In this document: piece after piece, positions 23,597 to 28,817 of the stretch
Position numbering within the stretch: position 1 is the first letter of the stretch
How the letters are laid out: each line of letters opens with the position of its first letter
IMG/VR virus record: IMGVR_UViG_3300016649_000188
Span: 1-28,817 of that record
DNA: 28,817 nucleotides
Origin: a virus
Taxonomy: Duplodnaviria > Caudoviricetes
Reading direction: 5' to 3' (one strand)
The notes under the pieces: generated by a model
What the model was told of the DNA's origin: nothing
Databases searched by the model: none
Seen by the model: only the letters and a program-made list of their open reading frames with translations
Position numbers and translations under genes: made by a program

Positions 23597-24874
23597 TCAG
23601 CTCGTCGGGTTCAGCGCGACGTTCAGTGCACGCTGGTCACGGACACGGCCGTCCGTGCGCATGATCGCCCGCCAGGTCACGAGATCCGTGTTGAACGCGT
23701 ACTCGTCGGACCGCTCGAGGCGCATGGTGCCAGCGTCACGGATGGCATACCCGTCGGTGAAGTTCCCGAACACGATCAGCGTCCCAGCCGCCGAGCCGGC
23801 AGCACCAAGGAACGGCGTCTTGTAGATCGGGAAGCCGAGCAGCCGGTCCGGCTCACCCACCTGCATGGACGGCTCGAAGATCGGCCGGCCGGTGGTGTCC
23901 ACGATCCGGCGGATAAGGCCGACGGTCGCGTCACGCATCAGGAACGACGTGCCGGGACGGTCCCGGTAGATGTTCTCCACCGAGTACGTCAGGTCCACCA
24001 GGTTGGCGTAGGACGGCAGGCCGGTCGCGCCGGTCTGCGTGGTCACGCCGGTCCCGACGACGGACGCCAGAGCGACACCCTGAGGCTGGTTCGTGCCGGT
24101 GCCAGCGACGTAGTGAGCTTCGGTAGCACGACCGAGCGCACGGCCAAGGTCAGCACCGAGGAACGACACCAGGTCTACGCCAGTGTCCTGCAAAAGCTCG
24201 TTCGACGCCTGGATCAGCTGGCCGTACTTGAACGCGCCGAGCGTGACCTTGGCGAACGCCGGGTCGCCAGTGGTAAGCGCCGTGCCTTCACCCACGATCG
24301 CTGCACCGGTGCCGTGAGCGGACACGACCGGAAGGTCAAGGTTGTTGCCGGCGGCGGTCGTGATGATCGTCGCACCGGTCTGGCGGACACCAGACACGTT
24401 CTCCATGTAGTCGTAGATGACTCGCACGAGGTCGGTCGGGACGGTGTGACCACCAGCGGTCGCCGTGCCGACGGTCACGACCCGAAGCTCGGCGCCGCGA
24501 GCACCAGCACGGATCGCAGCCTTCTCACGTGCGACGGCAGTGAAGTCGATGTCCCAGGACCGGCCACCGTTGCCACGCAGGAACTGCACGAACGAGTCGT
24601 CAGCCTGGCGGGACTCCGCAGCCTGAGCCGGCGCCACGATCGGCGCGTACGCCTCACGTGCAATGTCGGCCTCACGCTCGGACTCGATCCGGTCACGGAT
24701 CGACTTGATCTGAGCGTCCTTCGCGTCGAGGTCAGCGTTGATCCGCTCCCACTTCGCGAACTCCTCACCGGTCATGTCACGCTGCTCGGCCTCGCAGGCA
24801 TCGAGCAGTTCCTTGGCCTCGTTCCACGCGCGCTGGCGGGTGGCGACGAGACGCTCAAGCATCTCTGCGCTCAT
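23597..24874 (-). CDS. Major capsid protein, HK97 fold with N-terminal delta (scaffold) domain, 425 aa
   Basis: Coiled-coil N-terminus, GGHTVPT, SNELLQD, GTGTNQPQG, DTTGRPIF, LLGFPI, FGNF and RTDG. GAAAGGAAG RBS before ATG 24874. Confidence 0.95.
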   Translation of the reverse strand: MSAEMLERLVATRQRAWNEAKELLDACEAEQRDMTGEEFAKWERINADLDAKDAQIKSIRDRIESEREADIAREAYAPIVAPAQAAESRQADDSFVQFLRGNGGRSWDIDFTAVAREKAAIRAGARGAELRVVTVGTATAGGHTVPTDLVRVIYDYMENVSGVRQTGATIITTAAGNNLDLPVVSAHGTGAAIVGEGTALTTGDPAFAKVTLGAFKYGQLIQASNELLQDTGVDLVSFLGADLGRALGRATEAHYVAGTGTNQPQGVALASVVGTGVTTQTGATGLPSYANLVDLTYSVENIYRDRPGTSFLMRDATVGLIRRIVDTTGRPIFEPSMQVGEPDRLLGFPIYKTPFLGAAGSAAGTLIVFGNFTDGYAIRDAGTMRLERSDEYAFNTDLVTWRAIMRTDGRVRDQRALNVALNPTS

Positions 24875-24966
24875 TGCGCTTCCTTTCTGGAAGTCGAAAA
24901 GGCCGACACCTCGTTGGTGCCGGCATGTTGGATTTCTGCCCGGTAGCGCGCGTGCGCCCTTCGTGG

Positions 24967-25581
24967 TCAGAACTTGTTGAGCAGGTCGAGCCGTGCCCGC
25001 ATCAGCTGGCGTGGCATGAACTGCTCGCACACTTCGGCCATCGCTTCGGCAGCTTCGTCGGCGATGTCGTCGAACACGTCTCGGGATTCCTGTGCGGCAC
25101 GCACAGCAAGAACGCGTGCGCCGTCATAGGCCGGGAAGTTCACCAGCGACGTTTCACGCAACGCCGCTTTCGTGACGGTCCGTTCGGTCCGGTCAGCCGA
25201 CCAGATGTCGCCGCCGTCCAGGACGTAGAACCCGATCGACATGCCGTCAAGGACACCGTCGCGCATCAACGTCAACGCGTCGTTCCCGGCGACCGTGTCG
25301 GAGATCCTGGCGGTCAGGTGCAGGCCAGCTGACGTTTCCCGCAAACCGATTGACTTCCCGACCGGCAACGACCTGGCGTCGTGGTGCAACAGAATCGGGA
25401 TGCGAGCGTCGCGACGTGCGACAACGTCACGGAACGCACCCTCGGCGAACTGTTCCTCGAACAGCAGGCCGTTCTCGTAGATGGTCGTCCGTTCGCCGTA
25501 CGGGACTGCGATCCCCTCGATGATGCGTTCGCCAGGATCAGCGATCCGCAACTCGGCTGCGAAAGCACGGGTAAACGTCAT
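24967..25581 (-). CDS. HK97-family prohead protease, 204 aa
   Basis: IEGIAVPY, LLHHD, GMSIGF and LRETSLVNFPAY. Confidence 0.93.
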   Translation of the reverse strand: MTFTRAFAAELRIADPGERIIEGIAVPYGERTTIYENGLLFEEQFAEGAFRDVVARRDARIPILLHHDARSLPVGKSIGLRETSAGLHLTARISDTVAGNDALTLMRDGVLDGMSIGFYVLDGGDIWSADRTERTVTKAALRETSLVNFPAYDGARVLAVRAAQESRDVFDDIADEAAEAMAEVCEQFMPRQLMRARLDLLNKF

Positions 25582-26726
25582 GACTCAAGACCGCCTTGTG
25601 TGGTTGTCTGGCCGAGCGGCGGTAGATCCTCTGCGTACCGCACATCATCGACAGTGAGAAACCCTGCTGCGATCCCCGTCGCGTACGCCTGATAGCGCGT
25701 CCCGATGTCCGCACGTGCGTACTCATCTACGTCGATTTCGGCAACCCAGCCTGATTCGCCGGGTCCTGGCAACATCGCCGTGATCATTCGCCGCAACTTG
25801 TCGACAAGTGGCAGCCAGCGCCGCAACAGTTCCGACCACCGGTCGGTGATGTTGGCGTAAGTCACGCCGCCAGATCCCATAAGCGAAGCGCCAACCAGCT
25901 CGGGTGGCATGTGAAAGATCGCTGCGATCTGAGCCGCCGTGAAGTTCCGCGACTCCAAGAACTGTGCGGCTTCCGGCGCGATCGTGATCGGCCGGTATGT
26001 CGCGCCGCCAGACAGCACAGCGATGCCGTGAGCTTTCCCGACACCACGGTGAAACGATTCCCAACGTGCCTTCAACGCTTCAGCGTGTTCCGGTGCCACG
26101 TTGCCAGGCGCCTCGATCACACCAGACGGCGTTGACGCATTCCCGAAGAACTGGCCGGCGAACTGTTCGAGCGCAATCCCGGTCCCGATCGTTTCGCGAC
26201 ATGCGTCGATCGGTGACAGTCCACGCATCTCGCCAGGGACCGGGTATAGCCGGTCGTGGTACACCGGAGCGACGACCTGGCCGTCGACCGTGTAGACCGG
26301 CGGTCCGCCAGGAGTCCGCCGCTCAACTTTCACCTTCTGAGGGTGGAGGACAAACAGTTCCGACGTTCTGCCGGCCTGGTTCAACACCTGCGCAACAAAC
26401 ACGTTGCCGTCAAGTAACAGACTTGACGTGAACTCGTGTGCGAACTCCGGCCAGGACCGTTCCACATTCGGTCGGTCCAACCAGCGCGGCTTACCGACCT
26501 CGGTACGCACCCCCCCGGTCGTCCGGTACGTCTCGATCGGCAACGCAGAGATCGCACCAGCAATGAACGACACACACGTGTAGACCGTGGCAAGCGACTG
26601 CGACGCCGCCTGAGACACAGACACACCCGACGACGTGTTCCCCGACTGGTAGACGTCGTTGCCTTTACCCCACGCATCCCACTTCGGGTCACGGATCGCA
26701 CGTTCTGAAAACAGATGGCCGAGCAT
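25578..26726 (-). CDS. Portal protein (HK97 family), 382 aa
   Basis: VYTCVSFIA..ISALP, LLLDGN, GLSPI, FFGNASTPSG, AQFLESR, IAAIFHMPP and TVDDVRYAEDLPP. Confidence 0.95.
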   Translation of the reverse strand: MLGHLFSERAIRDPKWDAWGKGNDVYQSGNTSSGVSVSQAASQSLATVYTCVSFIAGAISALPIETYRTTGGVRTEVGKPRWLDRPNVERSWPEFAHEFTSSLLLDGNVFVAQVLNQAGRTSELFVLHPQKVKVERRTPGGPPVYTVDGQVVAPVYHDRLYPVPGEMRGLSPIDACRETIGTGIALEQFAGQFFGNASTPSGVIEAPGNVAPEHAEALKARWESFHRGVGKAHGIAVLSGGATYRPITIAPEAAQFLESRNFTAAQIAAIFHMPPELVGASLMGSGGVTYANITDRWSELLRRWLPLVDKLRRMITAMLPGPGESGWVAEIDVDEYARADIGTRYQAYATGIAAGFLTVDDVRYAEDLPPLGQTTTQGGLES

Positions 26727-26869
26727 CAGCTATCCGACCGTTCCATCGCCAACCCGAACAACAGACAGAACAGGCCGGCGACAATCAACGCGACCGGAAT
26801 GGAGGCCAGTCCGACGCCAACTGTTGCGAGCGCAGCGCCGAGAATCTGCAATAGCGTCGCGAGGGTCAT
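26726..26869 (-). CDS. Small two-TM membrane protein, 47 aa (not in the ORF track)
   Basis: MTLATLLQILGAALATVGVGLASIPVALIVAGLFCLLFGLAMERSDS. ATGA overlap with the terL stop and TGATG overlap with the portal start. Confidence 0.75.
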   Translation of the reverse strand: MTLATLLQILGAALATVGVGLASIPVALIVAGLFCLLFGLAMERSDS

Positions 26870-28290
26870 ACGAACAGCTCCACGGATGGCTCAGCCGCAA
26901 CGATCTTTGTTGCGGCCCAGTAGGCGATCGTCGCTGCAACCAGCGGCGAAATGTCGACAGATGACGTAGCGCGTCCCCACACCCACGAATCGCCAGCGGT
27001 ACGGACTGCGGCACCAGCCTGCGCAGCCTCAAGCTTCGGATCTGCCAGGTGCCGGAGGGTGCCTTCAATCACGGCACGCTGGAACGCAACACAGGCTTGT
27101 GGGAACACGCCGGACGGCAGTTGCTCAACCGGGACGCCGGCCTTGAGCAGATCTGCGACAAGCGCAGACGCAGGCGATCGTGGATCAACCCAGATCTTGA
27201 TGCCGTGGTTCGCGGCGGCGTATCCCTCGGCGGCGGTGCGAACCCAGCCAGTCCCCGGTGCACGTTCAGTCAGCTCGACCTGGACGAGGCCGTCAGCTCG
27301 AGCGCCGGCCACGACAAACGACGACCAGCCCATGTCTGGCGACACATCCAACGCGAACGATGGCGGACCGACGATCTGGCCGGCTGGGTCGCCGCACGCA
27401 GACCATCGGCCGGCACCGAACACTCCCGCAGCATGATCGGCAAGGTCATGCACGCCGAGGTGCTCACGTGCGAACGCCGACCCTAGATCGGCCATCGCTT
27501 GGCGTTGCGCCGAAATGAAGTCGTGCGAGATCCGTGTCCCGAACGCCGGGTTCGCTGCTGACCATTCGGCCGGGTCGTCAAGGTCGCCGCCAGGTTCACG
27601 TCCCCAGTCGGCGAAGAACAGACGGCCTGGCTGGTCTGACGCTGCTCGCCGAATCAGGCTTTGTTGCACTTCGCTGTTTGGCAGGCAGGCGGAGCCGGTG
27701 TACCAGATCTGCGGGTTCGGGACCGCCGCCAACGCAGGCGTCAACGCTGCGATCGCATCCGCAGTCAGTTTCTGCGACTCGTCCAACCAGACGAGGTCGC
27801 CAGTCAGACCACGACCTCCACCTGACGTCCGTGCAGCAAACACAAGGCGTGCGCCGTTGCGAAGCTCGATGGACTCTTTGCCGTTGGCTGTCAAGACGCG
27901 ACGCACTCGGCGGCGCAGCTCGTCTGACGTCTCGATCAGGATCTGCATACGTCGGAAGTGCTCCGACGCGGTCCTGAACTCATGTGCCGTGTGAATGATC
28001 AGCCGCTCACCAAACAGCACAAGGCCAGCAAGTTGCCGAGCCTCGGCGATGGTGCCTTTCCCGTTCTGTCTCGGCACCAGAATCCCGACATCGCGTGCAG
28101 CCCAGCGGCCGTCAGACCGTTCAGCGCACGCATTGTCCAGAACCCACGCCTGCCAGTCATCAAGGATCAGGCCAGCGGACCGAGCTAGATCGACAGCTTC
28201 ACGACCGGCGGACGTCTGAACGTCCGGCGGCAGCACCGTCACTCTTGGCCGCTGCGCGCCGAGCCGCACGTCGAGCTGCGATGTCGTCAA
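26866..28290 (-). CDS. terL: Terminase large subunit, about 474 aa
   Basis: LDDWQ Q-motif, Walker A PRQNGKG, Walker B VWLDESQ, ANPA, and nuclease ALDVS and DISPLVA. TTG 28290 has a GAGGAGG RBS. Confidence 0.93.
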   Translation of the reverse strand: MTTSQLDVRLGAQRPRVTVLPPDVQTSAGREAVDLARSAGLILDDWQAWVLDNACAERSDGRWAARDVGILVPRQNGKGTIAEARQLAGLVLFGERLIIHTAHEFRTASEHFRRMQILIETSDELRRRVRRVLTANGKESIELRNGARLVFAARTSGGGRGLTGDLVWLDESQKLTADAIAALTPALAAVPNPQIWYTGSACLPNSEVQQSLIRRAASDQPGRLFFADWGREPGGDLDDPAEWSAANPAFGTRISHDFISAQRQAMADLGSAFAREHLGVHDLADHAAGVFGAGRWSACGDPAGQIVGPPSFALDVSPDMGWSSFVVAGARADGLVQVELTERAPGTGWVRTAAEGYAAANHGIKIWVDPRSPASALVADLLKAGVPVEQLPSGVFPQACVAFQRAVIEGTLRHLADPKLEAAQAGAAVRTAGDSWVWGRATSSVDISPLVAATIAYWAATKIVAAEPSVELFV

Positions 28291-28498
28291 CGGTACTTGC
28301 CTCCTCGGCAACCGGTAACTCGTCAAGCTCGCGAAGCGTTTCGCGTAACTGTGCGGCGTACTGCGGTTTCACGCCCGTCTGCGCCTGTTCCATGAACTCG
28401 GCCAGATGGTCACGCATCGCTTCTAACGTGCGGCGCCGATCACCCAACTTGGCGGTCGCCGCCAAACCCAACGGCGTTGCCGGCTGCTTCGCTGACAT
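28199..28498 (-). CDS. terS: Terminase small subunit, 99 aa
   Basis: GDRRRTLEAMRDHLA...AAQLRETLRELDEL...VDDIAARRAAR is the actinophage TerS pattern; overlaps the terL start. Confidence 0.82.
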   Translation of the reverse strand: MSAKQPATPLGLAATAKLGDRRRTLEAMRDHLAEFMEQAQTGVKPQYAAQLRETLRELDELPVAEEASTVDDIAARRAARRAAAKSDGAAAGRSDVRRS

Positions 28499-28767
28499 CA
28501 CCGCCACCGCCTGGACGTCTTCGGCTTCTGACGTTGCGCGTGCGTCTGAGCGTTACCAGCCTTCACATTGCACGACCGGTGCTCTGCCGCAAGCGGCGAC
28601 GACGGATCACCGTCGATCACATGGCCGGCCTGCCACGGATCGTCTTTGCGAGCAAGCTGGCCGCAGCGACGGCAACGAGTCAACGGATCGGCGTTAGCCA
28701 GATCACGTAGACGTCTCGCACGCTGCTGGTAGGTGCCGCGATAGTGCTCACGGTCCCCTCGACGCAT
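28498..28767 (-). CDS. HNH endonuclease (terminase-associated), 89 aa
   Basis: CRRCG...WQAGHV...EHRSCN...TSRRW; TGATG-coupled to terS. Confidence 0.82.
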   Translation of the reverse strand: MRRGDREHYRGTYQQRARRLRDLANADPLTRCRRCGQLARKDDPWQAGHVIDGDPSSPLAAEHRSCNVKAGNAQTHAQRQKPKTSRRWR

Positions 28768-28817
28768 CAAGAACGTCCCTCAACGCGATCCCCGTGGCCT
28801 TTGGAGAGGGATCTGGG

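Larger units (their letters stand above)
1..28817. mobile_element. Temperate actinobacteriophage (HK97-type siphovirus) genome segment, apparently in the non-integrated configuration
   Basis: Complete terminase-portal-protease-capsid-tail-lysis gene order, integrase plus repressor, and WhiB. Phage genes lie on both sides of the integrase and no host housekeeping genes are seen. Confidence 0.95.

Noticed and set aside
22913-24946. 677-aa plus-strand ORF (also 22468-23664 and 20245-21291)
   Set aside because: These are antisense shadows of the capsid, GT and epimerase genes, expected in high-GC DNA, with no recognisable motifs.
24875-25030. Longer ORF-track starts (capsid 25030, terL 28326, epimerase 21597, GT2 20103, transglycosylase 1023, holin-like 3224)
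   Set aside because: They overlap upstream genes extensively; downstream starts have an RBS or stop-start coupling.

Overview
The whole window is a contiguous segment of a high-GC temperate siphovirus of Actinomycetota, with no host genes visible. The WhiB gene, the actinophage-type repressor and the holin-like gene support this assignment. Read right to left on the minus strand, the late operon runs HNH, TerS, TerL, small membrane protein, portal, HK97 prohead protease, HK97 major capsid, head-tail joining genes, tail tube, tail chaperone, tape measure, a 1229-aa double beta-helix tailspike, minor tail and fibre genes, amidase endolysin, membrane proteins and a metallophosphoesterase. It converges on a plus-strand repressor-integrase pair. 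A divergent early operon encodes a BldC/Xis-like HTH, a small membrane protein, WhiB, a secreted transglycosylase and a hexapeptide-repeat protein. Two systems stand out. (1) A glycan-building cassette of four glycosyltransferases from three families plus a nucleotide-sugar epimerase/dehydratase is translationally coupled directly behind the major capsid gene, whose product ends in Thr-Ser. A fifth glycosyltransferase sits immediately before the tail-tube gene. This is a candidate virion-glycosylation system built into the morphogenesis operon. (2) The repressor and short integrase have the hallmarks of an integration-dependent immunity switch: a candidate attP inside the repressor 3' end and an ssrA-like C-terminus. 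All calls come from motif reading and synteny; no database search was run.
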